Origin: an uncultured virus (IMG/VR IMGVR_UViG_3300015608_000687)
Lineage: Duplodnaviria; Heunggongvirae; Uroviricota; Caudoviricetes; Crassvirales
DNA length: 64,000 bases
Strand: one strand, 5' to 3'
IMG/VR virus record: IMGVR_UViG_3300015608_000687
Shown here: piece by piece, positions 1 to 9,409 of the stretch
How the letters are laid out: each line of letters opens with the position of its first letter
How positions within the stretch are numbered: position 1 is the first letter of the stretch
Notes under the pieces: model-generated
Seen by the model: only the letters and a program-made list of their open reading frames with translations
Database searches by the model: none
What the model was told of the DNA's origin: nothing
Made by a program: the position numbers and the translations under genes

Positions 1-100
1 TTTCAACTTTTTGTTCTTTATTGTTCATTTGTTCTTAATTTGAAGTTTAGTAATTCTAATTCCGCTACTGCGGCAATACTCGGCACGTTAGCGGTCATTG

Positions 101-337
101 CTACAACACCATTACCACAGGCGTTTGACCACCTATTACTGACCAAGTTTCTTTTGAGTAAGTATCACCATCGAAAGCATCTCTAAATGTTTGAACTTTT
201 TTTGAACCTTCGTTATATTGATGAACAAAAGAAACAGATACACTTGCACCATTCAACTCAAAGTTTGAACTTGTTACAATCACTTCTGCGTTTTGGTCTA
301 ACACCTCTAACTTTTTAATTAAATCTTTTACCGTCAT
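101..337 (-). CDS. hypothetical phage protein (78 aa)
   Basis: ORF track; 'MTVKDLIKKLE..DQNAEV' N-terminus is common in small phage proteins. Confidence 0.75.
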   Translation of the reverse strand: MTVKDLIKKLEVLDQNAEVIVTSSNFELNGASVSVSFVHQYNEGSKKVQTFRDAFDGDTYSKETWSVIGGQTPVVMVL

Positions 338-448
338 TGTTTTGAAATTTATTCTTGAAAAAAACAGCAGTGGTTCCTTTTTTGTTACTCATTTTGTTTC
401 GTTTGTGTTGACAAATTGGGTTTGTTTGGGAGTTATAGCCAATAGCTA

Positions 449-841
449 TCATTTAGGGTCAACACCGACTTGTATGAAGTTAACACTTTCTGAATAATAG
501 CCGTTACTTTGACCAAACCAACGAATATCTACATAGCCTTTTATCGTTGCTAATTTGTAAAATGTCCACGTACAAGAACCCCATTCATTAGCTTCTTTTG
601 TTTTTTGTTTATCTTCCTCAGAAACTGGTTCATAATTTGAAACTTCTTCCGCTAACAAAATTGGATTTCCAATTAAATCTTCCAAGTCGCCATTAATATC
701 TTCAATGGAAACGCTTTCACAGCAATCTTGTTTGTGATACATTTTGTATTGAGTTCCATCGTCAACGATAAAAATCAATTTATCATCATTGTTTTTGATT
801 TCGGTAAGTGTTTTACCTACTAAGTCTTTGATTTCTGCCAT
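449..841 (-). CDS. conserved phage hypothetical protein (130 aa)
   Basis: Motifs HxQDCCE, TWTFY, SNGYYSE typical of a widespread phage DUF. Confidence 0.8.
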   Translation of the reverse strand: MAEIKDLVGKTLTEIKNNDDKLIFIVDDGTQYKMYHKQDCCESVSIEDINGDLEDLIGNPILLAEEVSNYEPVSEEDKQKTKEANEWGSCTWTFYKLATIKGYVDIRWFGQSNGYYSESVNFIQVGVDPK

Positions 842-852
842 TGTATTTGTTT

Positions 853-2760
853 TTAAAAAAGACTTAATTGATTGTTTTCTATTTCTCTTATTTCTTTATA
901 ACATTCTTTTATATACCAATCATAATTTATATCATAAGATTCTTTTTCAAAGAAATTGTTAAAAACAGTTATTTGATAACCCTTATGAATAAACTCTGAA
1001 GTTCCTTTATTGTAAAATTTCATTAAAGAAGAACCTTTGTTTGATATATAATACCTTACGTTTCTTTGTTGTCTTTCCTGCTTTTTATATGGAAGTCCCT
1101 TTTCATCATATAATAATGTAAAAGTCATTCCGTAATCCTCACCTCTGAATTTTTGTCTACCGCAAAAATCATAGATGTTTTTATGATTCTTTATACTTTC
1201 TTCAACAGGAATTTTATTAAAGAAGTAATTAGACAAAGCAATAGGGATTATTCTAAAACTATTATCTTTGTGATAAGCTGGCTCACTACCAACGACTTTA
1301 TCTATTTCAAATCTACCCTTATACTTATACTTACCATTAAACCCTAAAGCAGAATATGTGTTTACATCAGCAATAACCATTTTTTCATAATCTTGATATT
1401 CTAATACAAGATTTGTCTTTTTTTGCCAATCTTCACATATTTCGTAATAAAGCTTTTCATAAATTCTGGGTATTTTTATTTCAATACCATCAGTATTAAT
1501 CATAATCATTGTTGAATCAGGTATCTTATACAAAGATTCAGCAAGCATGGTTAATAACAATTGTCCATTTATTGTTATGGACATAGTGTATTTAGGGTCA
1601 TATAAAAAGCTGTTGACATCATTAGATTTGCCATATACGCTATTTAGAGCCAGTTTAAAGCCGTCAGACATAACACTGTCACCATTACTCTTGGCTAATA
1701 CACGAAGGTCTAATATCCTTTTATATACAGTGCAAAAAGATTCTCCCAGATGTTCTGGATATAATCTATTTACAACAGCCAAAGAAGGATATAGAGAAGC
1801 CACGTCACAAGATTTGATTATATATTCCGAATCTGATTTATAAACACCGCTTTTAATTGCTCCGTGTATTCCTCCAGAACCAAAATCATATTTAAAACCC
1901 TTATGTATAACTGATTCTTCAACAGCTCCTTTTGTTTCAACTATTACTTTTTGCTTATACTTATCAAGAAGTTTGTTAAAATCTGTTGAATCGAACTGTA
2001 TATAATCAAAGATGATATCCCCCAGATTAATAAAAGCACGATTAGTTCTTTGTTCTTTAACTTCCCAAAAGTCTTTGGCAGTTTCATTACAATAAAGTTT
2101 TAAAGTTAACTGCTCACCTATTTTTGAATCCGAAAAATTAATACATGGTAAGCCATATTGCTCTTTTATATTGTTTCTTAATTTTATCTTGTCAAGACTT
2201 TTCTTATAGAATTCATAAGTCGCTAAAACATCATTAAGATTGTATTTAAGAATCTGTTCTATTTCCTCTTCAGTTATTATCTCTTTTTTATGTGAAATAG
2301 GCATTTCCATAACATTTGGAAAATTCATGCTTATTTCAAGAGACTTTAAAGATGTTTGTCTTGCTTTATTGTTATAATGCCAGATTTTAAATAAATCTAT
2401 TTGTGGAATTATTACATCTTTTGTTCTTATTGCTACACTTTTATTGAAATCAACAGCATTTTGAACATTTATTATAGTTTCAGCTAATTCGTGTAAATCA
2501 AACAGTAATTGACTTGTTTCCTCGGTTTCCCAATAAAATTTGTCGAGAAATTTATGTAATACGGGATAATCAAAATTTACATTATTGAATCCTATCATAT
2601 TACCTTCAATTTCTCTAAGATAATGAAAAAGTCTTATTCTTTCATCTCTTTCTGGATGTATAACAAATTGTGTTATTTCTTCAGTTTCTATGTTAATATC
2701 AGTATATGTAAAACACCCCCTCAAAACCTCAATATCATATACTACACCATTCATTCTCAT
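853..2760 (-). CDS. polB: DNA polymerase family B, crAss-like
   Basis: Exo motifs [18 protein letters not shown]; polymerase motifs [22 protein letters not shown]. Confidence 0.93.
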   Translation of the reverse strand: MRMNGVVYDIEVLRGCFTYTDINIETEEITQFVIHPERDERIRLFHYLREIEGNMIGFNNVNFDYPVLHKFLDKFYWETEETSQLLFDLHELAETIINVQNAVDFNKSVAIRTKDVIIPQIDLFKIWHYNNKARQTSLKSLEISMNFPNVMEMPISHKKEIITEEEIEQILKYNLNDVLATYEFYKKSLDKIKLRNNIKEQYGLPCINFSDSKIGEQLTLKLYCNETAKDFWEVKEQRTNRAFINLGDIIFDYIQFDSTDFNKLLDKYKQKVIVETKGAVEESVIHKGFKYDFGSGGIHGAIKSGVYKSDSEYIIKSCDVASLYPSLAVVNRLYPEHLGESFCTVYKRILDLRVLAKSNGDSVMSDGFKLALNSVYGKSNDVNSFLYDPKYTMSITINGQLLLTMLAESLYKIPDSTMIMINTDGIEIKIPRIYEKLYYEICEDWQKKTNLVLEYQDYEKMVIADVNTYSALGFNGKYKYKGRFEIDKVVGSEPAYHKDNSFRIIPIALSNYFFNKIPVEESIKNHKNIYDFCGRQKFRGEDYGMTFTLLYDEKGLPYKKQERQQRNVRYYISNKGSSLMKFYNKGTSEFIHKGYQITVFNNFFEKESYDINYDWYIKECYKEIREIENNQLSLF

Positions 2761-2942
2761 TTAGTTATTCTCTGGTCTAATTTCTTTGTAAGACTTACAA
2801 AGTTGTCTCCAATGACCATATCTTTTGCTGTAAGAGTACCATCGAAGTATTTACTCATATGTTCTCTTTTAAAAGCATAGATTTTTTGTTTATAAGGGTT
2901 GTAATGAAACAACCAATCCATATATTGTTCAGATTTGACCAT
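2757..2942 (-). CDS. hypothetical protein (61 aa)
   Basis: ORF with 4-nt overlap onto polB start. Confidence 0.7.
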   Translation of the reverse strand: MVKSEQYMDWLFHYNPYKQKIYAFKREHMSKYFDGTLTAKDMVIGDNFVSLTKKLDQRITK

Positions 2943-3070
2943 TGTTTTGCCAGAGATAATATATTACAGCAGACAACAAAGCTCCTATAAACATTGTTGT
3001 GTTGCTTATTTTTATTTTAAATTTATTCCAAATATTTAATTCAAATCCGTAAAACATTGACTTAAAAATT

Positions 3071-3103
3071 AAAACAAACCAGCCTCTTTTTTAAGAGACT
3101 GGT
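3071..3103 (-). terminator. intrinsic terminator
   Basis: Minus strand ACCAGTCTCTT-AAAA-AAGAGGCTGGT followed by TTGTTTT. Confidence 0.7.
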
Positions 3104-3140
3104 CTTATCTTCCAAATAAAATGTCTTTTTAATGTAAATA

Positions 3141-3506
3141 TTACTTTACATCAAAATATTTTTCCAACATTTCGGAAATACTCTTTTGAGTAAAACGAAT
3201 GTCTTCAAGAACTTCTTTACATTCTTCAAGATGTTCTCTCGCTTCAGAAATTCTTTGAATGTAAGCCCTGTTGTTTTCAATAGGCTCTTTAGGACAAATG
3301 GCAGTCATAAGTCTTTCTTCTGCATTTTGCAAATCTTCTTCAGCACTTACTTCCTGTGCTTCAAGAGATGCAAGTTCTTGATTAAATGCAGAAATAGCTT
3401 TGCGACCATTTCTCGCTGCAATAACTTCAGCATCATCACCTTTGATAGATGCTACAACTTGTTTAAAGAACAAGCTGCCCTTTTTAATTTCCGAGTTTAA
3501 ACTCAT
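3141..3506 (-). CDS. hypothetical coiled-coil protein (121 aa)
   Basis: ORF track; E/Q-rich helical composition. Confidence 0.75.
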   Translation of the reverse strand: MSLNSEIKKGSLFFKQVVASIKGDDAEVIAARNGRKAISAFNQELASLEAQEVSAEEDLQNAEERLMTAICPKEPIENNRAYIQRISEAREHLEECKEVLEDIRFTQKSISEMLEKYFDVK

Positions 3507-3527
3507 TTTAATTAATTGTTTTGATTG

Positions 3528-4256
3528 TTAACTAATATTATTTGTCGGAGAAAATTTGCTTTTTCTCTTTTTTCCTGAAAATATTTTTGTAGGTCCGTCG
3601 TAATCTGCTTCGTCTGTTTTTATAGAAGTTCTATTTGGTTCTTTTGGAGGTACAAGAAAATCTGGTTTATTTTTATCAAAATCATAAATATATTCACGCA
3701 GTTCTTCAATAGATTTTCTTACTATTGGTATATCTGGTGCTTTATATTTTTCTATTTTTGTTTCAGTCGAATGAATAAAATTTGCTTTTTCGTCTGAAGT
3801 TAAACTTCTCCATATACCAGCATCGTCTTTAATTTCACCTTGGCTATTTAACAAATAATCATTCATTATAGTAAATCCCGATAATGGATACACACAAGTT
3901 TTTGTTGCTACGATAAGAGGTTCAGTGACACTATATGTAACGTTTGCTTTTGGAGATGCTAATTCGACGGGAATTCCTGCATTTATAAATTGTTTACTAA
4001 TACCAGGTTCATCCAAAAGATTGGATACTCTGTGATAAATAACATTTATTTTACTCCAATACACATGACCTTCGGAAGTTAAACCCCAATTAAAAGATTT
4101 ATCTATAAAATCTTTACTTTTTACAGCATTGCTTTTTAAAAAAGCAATTGCGTCTGGTTTTAATGCAAAAACATTTCTAAAATAATTTGTGCGTACTGGT
4201 TCTGGTATAAATATTGGAAACTTATTAATTACTTCTTGTTGTTCTTTTGTAAACAT
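3528..4256 (-). CDS. hypothetical protein (242 aa)
   Basis: ORF track; FNWGLTSEGHVYWS motif. Confidence 0.75.
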   Translation of the reverse strand: MFTKEQQEVINKFPIFIPEPVRTNYFRNVFALKPDAIAFLKSNAVKSKDFIDKSFNWGLTSEGHVYWSKINVIYHRVSNLLDEPGISKQFINAGIPVELASPKANVTYSVTEPLIVATKTCVYPLSGFTIMNDYLLNSQGEIKDDAGIWRSLTSDEKANFIHSTETKIEKYKAPDIPIVRKSIEELREYIYDFDKNKPDFLVPPKEPNRTSIKTDEADYDGPTKIFSGKKRKSKFSPTNNIS

Positions 4257-4279
4257 GATGTTATTATTTTTATTGTTAG

Positions 4280-4364
4280 TACTCCAAGCAGGAATCGAAC
4301 CTGCACGACCTCAATGGTCAAAGGTTTTTAAGACCTTTTTGTCTACCAGTTTCAACATTGGAGC
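4280..4364 (-). tRNA. tRNA-Leu(UAA)
   Basis: Acceptor GCTCCAA/TTGGAGT, anticodon arm AAGGT-CTTAAAA-ACCTT, long variable arm, T-loop GGTTCGATTCC; CCA not encoded. Confidence 0.93.
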
Positions 4365-4380
4365 ATCCTTGTTTTAAGGT

Positions 4381-4563
4381 TTAATTAAAATGCAATTCTG
4401 ATTTTTCATAGTTATTCGGAGTAACTATTGCTTTTGCGGTAATTGCTACTTTGTCAGCAATTTCTTTTTGAGTTAGTCTGTTACCTTTTTCATTCAAAAC
4501 AAATGAATGATGAAGATTAAGTCTTTGAGTGGTATTGTCTTTACAGAATATGATAAGTTGCAT
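4381..4563 (-). CDS. hypothetical protein (60 aa)
   Basis: ORF track, co-oriented with neighbours. Confidence 0.6.
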   Translation of the reverse strand: MQLIIFCKDNTTQRLNLHHSFVLNEKGNRLTQKEIADKVAITAKAIVTPNNYEKSELHFN

Positions 4564-4574
4564 AGTTATAATTT

Positions 4575-4606
4575 AAACAAGAGACAGGGTTTTACCCCCG
4601 TCTCTT
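4575..4606 (-). terminator. intrinsic terminator-like hairpin
   Basis: Minus strand AAGAGACGGGG-GTAAAA-CCCTGTCTCTT then GTTT. Confidence 0.6.
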
Positions 4607-4623
4607 TATTAATTGGTTAATGA

Positions 4624-5115
4624 TTAGTTAACACCTTCAGTTTCAGCAACAGGAGTAGTAACCTGAGAAGGTTCTACTTCAGCAGTATGAGAAATGAAAG
4701 AATCAACAGCTTCTTTCAAAACCAAACGGCTGTTGCGATAAATGGGACGACCATCTACAACAAGAACTCGGTTAGTCTGAGGGTTGATTTTAGGTTGTTG
4801 ACGACCAGCACTACCATCAGCATTAGTCCAAGTACGAGCAACCAAAGATTCCTCGATTTGGATATTTGCTTGCGGAATACCCATCTTTTCAGCAATGTCA
4901 TCGCCTACGGCAAATTGTTTCTCTGCCATAATTTTAGCTGATACTGTCTGCCAAGCAGTACGCTTTTGTACAGGTGAATTAATGCCAGTATGTCCTTCCA
5001 TGAACACACCTACGGTATTGTCAAGATTCACTACATCTTGAGTAAGAGTCAATTGATAAGCACCGTTAGCAATTTGCTTAACTTCAGTTACGATAACTTT
5101 TCCTTTTTTGAACAT
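4624..5115 (-). CDS. conserved crAss-like hypothetical protein, possibly ssDNA-binding
   Basis: PKINPQT...GRPIYR motif, beta-rich with acidic tail; function is inference. Confidence 0.7.
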   Translation of the reverse strand: MFKKGKVIVTEVKQIANGAYQLTLTQDVVNLDNTVGVFMEGHTGINSPVQKRTAWQTVSAKIMAEKQFAVGDDIAEKMGIPQANIQIEESLVARTWTNADGSAGRQQPKINPQTNRVLVVDGRPIYRNSRLVLKEAVDSFISHTAEVEPSQVTTPVAETEGVN

Positions 5116-5191
5116 TTTGTAATTGTTTTTAGTTGTTTAATTAGGTTTACTATTTGGTTTAATCTACAATAGTTGCGCACCTATTGTATTG

Positions 5192-5522
5192 TGGAGGTAA
5201 GGGGAATCGAACCCCTGTCCAATAGAATAAAAATTAATGGTTGACAGGCTTAAGGGCTGACAGGGTATTGTCAACGTCCACCACTGATTTTAGTGTGAAA
5301 ATCAGAACACAACTCTTACAGATTCTTTTCCAAGGTTCTGTAAAAACCCGACTCATTACTGATTAAGCAGCAACCAGAAGTTCTTCTTGACGAACAACTT
5401 CTTGAGTAGGAACCATACAAATTACTTTGCCAGTTACTTGTTTTTTGTAGTTTATTAAGGAAATTCTACCAATTTCCGCCTGAGCATTAACTTTCATAAT
5501 ACTGTCAAATCCAGTTACCCCC
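5192..5522 (-). ncRNA. ssrA: tmRNA; tag (A)GKVICMVPTQEVVRQEELLVAA*
   Basis: 5' GGGGGTAACTGGATTTGAC; 3' GGACAGGGGTTCGATTCCCCTTACCTCCA; acceptor GGGGGTA/TACCTCC with G3:U; P2 pairing; tag frame 5431-5363 ends LVAA-TAA. Confidence 0.93.
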
Positions 5523-5527
5523 AATTG

Positions 5528-5601
5528 TAGTCATGCTAGGAATTGAACCTAGGACCTGCAAGGTATAAGCTTGCTGCTCTAACCAACTGAGCTACATGAC
5601 T
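5528..5601 (-). tRNA. tRNA-Ile(UAU)
   Basis: Acceptor AGTCATG/CATGACT, anticodon arm GCAAG-CTTATAC-CTTGC, T-arm CTAGG-TTCAATT-CCTAG. Confidence 0.92.
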
Positions 5602-5603
5602 GT

Positions 5604-5635
5604 AAAAAGAGGATGTGATAATTTACACCCTCTTT
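5604..5635 (-). terminator. terminator-like or processing hairpin just 5' of tRNA-Ile
   Basis: Minus strand AAAGAGGGTGT-AAATTATC-ACATCCTCTTTTT. Confidence 0.5.
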
Positions 5636-5658
5636 CAAACACGACATGCAAAAGTTTA

Positions 5659-5940
5659 TTAAATGTTATCTTTTAAAAACATTTCAGCATTTGAAAATTG
5701 TTTAAAAACAGAATCAATCAAACCTTTGCGATATTGTTGCTCCAGTTTAATTGCTTTCAACCAATCCTCACGGGTGTACCCATTGATGAGAATTAGTTTT
5801 GTATTTTTCCTAATGTAGTCTCTGATGTTCATAATATGTTCATCAGATAGCATTTTTAATTGTACAGGTCTGTTACCAGTCAACCAACACATTTTACTAC
5901 GAAGGGAATAATGAGATTCAGAAGGGCTTTTTTGATTCAT
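5659..5940 (-). CDS. hypothetical protein (93 aa; likely start MNQKS)
   Basis: ORF track frame; start shortened because a separate ORF occupies 5918-6088. Confidence 0.65.
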   Translation of the reverse strand: MNQKSPSESHYSLRSKMCWLTGNRPVQLKMLSDEHIMNIRDYIRKNTKLILINGYTREDWLKAIKLEQQYRKGLIDSVFKQFSNAEMFLKDNI

Positions 5941-6088
5941 AGATGTAGGTTTTATTGTATTCAAAATTTTCTTCTTTGTTTTCTTTCTCTTTTGTCTTAT
6001 TGATTTTAGGAATTGGTGTAAGCAATCCTGAAACAATAAAAACAAATAGTAAAAACAAGGCTAGTGAAAGAATCAGAGCTGTAAACAT
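5918..6088 (-). CDS. small single-pass membrane protein (56 aa, not in ORF track)
   Basis: Hand translation MFTALILSLALFLLFVFIVSGLLTPIPK...KKPF*. Confidence 0.6.
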   Translation of the reverse strand: MFTALILSLALFLLFVFIVSGLLTPIPKINKTKEKENKEENFEYNKTYIYESKKPF

Positions 6089-6109
6089 GGCTTTTTAATT
6101 TAAGGTTTG

Positions 6110-6184
6110 CTCTTCCGACAGGAGTCGAACCTGTAACCTACAGCTTAGAAGGCTGTTGCTGCTATCCAATTGAGCTACGGAAGA
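6110..6184 (-). tRNA. tRNA-Arg(UCU)
   Basis: Acceptor TCTTCCG/CGGAAGA, anticodon arm ACAGC-CTTCTAA-GCTGT, T-arm ACAGG-TTCGACT-CCTGT. Confidence 0.92.
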
Positions 6185-6193
6185 ATTTAATTA

Positions 6194-6334
6194 TCAAGCT
6201 ATTAACACTTCTTTATCATCTACAAAAACAGAATTGTTTCCGTATTTTTTAGCTCTGATAATAGCAAAATCCATATTTGGAGTGTAAAGCTTGTGACCTA
6301 TGTTGTTTTTGTAAGAATATGTTTTTTCTTTCAT
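6194..6334 (-). CDS. small hypothetical protein (46 aa, not in ORF track)
   Basis: Hand translation MKEKTYSYKNNIGHKLYTPNMDFAIIRA... Confidence 0.5.
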   Translation of the reverse strand: MKEKTYSYKNNIGHKLYTPNMDFAIIRAKKYGNNSVFVDDKEVLIA

Positions 6335-6424
6335 ACAGTAATATTGATGATTTTTTGAGTTTTGTATATTTGACTGATTAGTTTTTCTTCTCTCACAAAT
6401 CTGCTTGCAGCATGTCCCATATCT

Positions 6425-6652
6425 TTAAAGGCTTGTTGCTGCGGAGTCAACTTTTTCTTCTTGTTTGACATATTGATAATGTGTTATTTCTTTAGAATCT
6501 ATCAGTTGATAACGCTCATCATAATAATTACTTCCCTTTCTAAAAGCTAATCTGTGACGAAAAGGTTTTCCATCAATCATTACACAACTATAGAATATCT
6601 TTTCTTCTTCAGGTTTATGCTCTTTAATAGAAATCCATTTGTTTTCTGCCAT
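6425..6652 (-). CDS. DUF551-like small phage protein
   Basis: WISIKEHKP ... ITHYQ pattern. Confidence 0.65.
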   Translation of the reverse strand: MAENKWISIKEHKPEEEKIFYSCVMIDGKPFRHRLAFRKGSNYYDERYQLIDSKEITHYQYVKQEEKVDSAATSL

Positions 6653-6724
6653 GTCTTATGTTTTTATATAAGCAGAGGTTAAATAAAATTTTAAATAACC
6701 CCTGCTCTGTTAAATAAGAAAGTG

Positions 6725-6895
6725 CTAGTTCATACCCGTTAAACCTTTAAATAGAACTCCCTCCCCCTTTTGTTTCTCTTTCTTATTATTTCTTTTTTTT
6801 GCATTAAATCTTTTACGTTTTTTAGCAGCTCCGTTTTGTGCAGCACAAGATTGTTTCTTATGCTTTTTAGGATGATATTCAGCCTTAGTTGTCAT
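6725..6895 (-). CDS. small highly basic protein (56 aa, not in ORF track)
   Basis: Hand translation MTTKAEYHPKKHKKQ...AKKRKRFNAKKRNNKKEKQKG...; about one third Lys/Arg. Confidence 0.5.
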   Translation of the reverse strand: MTTKAEYHPKKHKKQSCAAQNGAAKKRKRFNAKKRNNKKEKQKGEGVLFKGLTGMN

Positions 6896-7080
6896 ATGAT
6901 TTTTGATTTAATAATAAAACACAAGTAAAGCTGGATTTTTATAAGCGTAATTCTTCCGGCTTGACCATTTTTTATCAGAGTGCTTGACCGGATGTCTTTT
7001 CAAACAATAATGTTTTACTAAGTGCTACGGGATTTGACGTCTTGAAAAAATAGCCCCACGCTATCTCTACTTGTGTTTTA

Positions 7081-7371
7081 TTAATTCTTAAATATTGTAA
7101 AATAAGGACCTTCTTCTGTTATTTGTTCAATAAATTCTGATAAAACAATGTTTTCACAATATGTTTTAAATACTTGTTTTACAACTTCATCTGAAACATT
7201 TTGTGTTGAAAAAACTGTTCCATAACAATCTTTGTCACTTACGGAGGGTTCAATATAGTTAGATAAAGCTTCTTGTTTTGTATCAAATTCAGCTTTTTCT
7301 CTAATACTTACTTCTCCTATTGAATTTTTTGTAATTGGTGCATAACAATAATAAAGATAAAATTTAAACAT
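7081..7371 (-). CDS. hypothetical protein (96 aa)
   Basis: ORF track. Confidence 0.65.
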   Translation of the reverse strand: MFKFYLYYCYAPITKNSIGEVSIREKAEFDTKQEALSNYIEPSVSDKDCYGTVFSTQNVSDEVVKQVFKTYCENIVLSEFIEQITEEGPYFTIFKN

Positions 7372-7454
7372 TATTTTGCTTACTTTTAATAATTAAAGTT
7401 TCTTATTCAATTAATGTTAATAAATCCATTGGTTTTATTTTACTTTGAATTTAA

Positions 7455-8900
7455 GTAATAAATACAAGCGTGTTCAACCTTAATAACTTTGTTAAAATAT
7501 CTCCCAATATCCATGAAGTTCGCATAGTTAGGTCTTAACATTTGGACTCCAAATCAGATTAGGTTTGCAAAGTGTTTAACAACATAAGTCCCCTCTTTAA
7601 ACCATTAGGTACTTGTATTTTCAATAACTTCCTCACTTTAACGAGAAGTTTTACACCATGCTCTCAGTAATTACTCTGATTACATTCTATCTCAAAGTGA
7701 GGCAAAAACCATAGGTGTGATATGATTTTACTTGTCATTGGTAATCACTCCAGCCGCACAATGTTGTCTAGTTGATTAAATCAACGGAGATAAACTTTTT
7801 CAACAACTACTACAACAATATTACTATTGTTGAGGCATAACATTCAAACTGTATTACTACAGAACACAAGCGTATTATTAGGATTAGTGTTTTTATTTTT
7901 TCCTATTTATGCTGCCACCACATACTTTACTTAGATTATATACTATGAAGTACGGCTGCTACAACAGGGATTTCAACCTGCTCGTACCGTAAGGTCTGAA
8001 GCCTTCAACCAGTTAAGGTTCAAATAGTATTTTCAAGTATGCTTTACAATTCTCTACCAACGTCAGGTTTTTATCCTAAGTGGAAAGCTCATTACCTCAA
8101 AGCTTTTGGTATGAATTATTAAAGTAACCACCCAAGCCAATAGTGGTTTGCCCAAGAAGCCATTCGATTAAGAATGCGGGATTTATGCGAGACCTGCCTA
8201 TATAGTCTATACCGCACTTTAAATCCTTACCACTAAAACTTGGTATGGATATAGGACTTTTAATATGCGTAGGTTCTGGCAAACCTACGGGCATAGCCCA
8301 CTGTGTGTCCAGCACAGTTGGGAAACTTGTCTAAAATGTAGGTTGTTAGCGCAGCTATATTATTAGCACATTAATATACTGTCACCCAATAAATTTCATG
8401 TGTAAGATTTGAACTTACCTCAGTTAATTAAACTGATACCAAATGAACAATTCATTTATTGTTAACAACACTACATTTTTACTAAAACCTTTTGATATAC
8501 TAGAACAGTCCTCTAGTTTATGGTTCTTTAGAATTTAATCACACTTGTCCATATCAAAAGTAACCAGCTATAAGAAAAACAACTACTTAGGGTCTAAGTC
8601 CCATTCTTAACCCAAACTAAACACATCTTAGAACTGTGTTGTAACCATTGTCTTAGGTGGAAATTAGACCATACTTAAACCACCTGCGTCGTCTTATTTG
8701 TTACTGTTTAGTGTTAATCAGTAGTTGTTTTAGTAGTTGAGACTGACCCCTTATTGACCTTTGGGTATTCACGCCGTATTTTGTTATTTTAATAAAATAA
8801 ACAACCAATTTCCACTTTAGGTTGCTAACTCATATACAGCAAAAATTCCAATCTTACTGCATACTTGGGTCATGTGTTGGACCACATGGCGGAAACTTTT
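7455..8900 (-). ncRNA. putative cluster of structured non-coding RNAs
   Basis: No credible ORF; many nested inverted repeats (see findings); strand inferred from flanking genes. Confidence 0.55.
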
Positions 8901-8905
8901 AAATT

Positions 8906-9256
8906 TTACTTTGCAGATTCAAAGAATTCAACTTTTTTTATTGTTCCGTCCAAATAATGAATAAAACAATTATGTTGAAAAAGGTCTTTTTCTACATTTT
9001 CTACAGGTTCACCACAAATTGAAGGAACATCCGAACCACTTGATTCAAAAGCTGGGTGCCATCTGTCACCACAACAGGGGCAATCATACCCATTTTCGCA
9101 GCCGTAGAAATATAGTCCAATTTCTTCAGCTCGGGCGTTAGCTTGACCTGCGTTTGCTGCCTCTATGATGACATATTCGCAAATACCATCTTTTTCAGAG
9201 ATAGTAAAAGAACCGCCTGAATTGTTTTGTGAGTATGTATAGAATTTTGTTGTCAT
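8906..9256 (-). CDS. conserved phage protein with CPCCGDRW motif
   Basis: FYTYSQNNSGG and DCPCCGDRW motifs of a widespread phage DUF. Confidence 0.8.
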   Translation of the reverse strand: MTTKFYTYSQNNSGGSFTISEKDGICEYVIIEAANAGQANARAEEIGLYFYGCENGYDCPCCGDRWHPAFESSGSDVPSICGEPVENVEKDLFQHNCFIHYLDGTIKKVEFFESAK

Positions 9257-9409
9257 GAGTTTGTGTTTTATATGTTAAGGTATGAAACTTAATTGCTAAT
9301 TACAACAGCTTTATAGTAGTGAATAAAGTCAGTGCTTGTATCGCTACTAAGAGTTTCATGGTTTTAGTGTTTTTATAGTGTTAAGGCTATATTATTGTCC
9401 AATTTAAAG

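Noticed and set aside
1153..5172. Plus-strand ORFs opposite early genes
   Set aside because: Antisense shadows of real genes and tRNA
8097..8315. 72-aa minus-strand ORF
   Set aside because: Non-ATG start, no recognisable motif, and it overlaps a run of hairpins better explained as RNA structure
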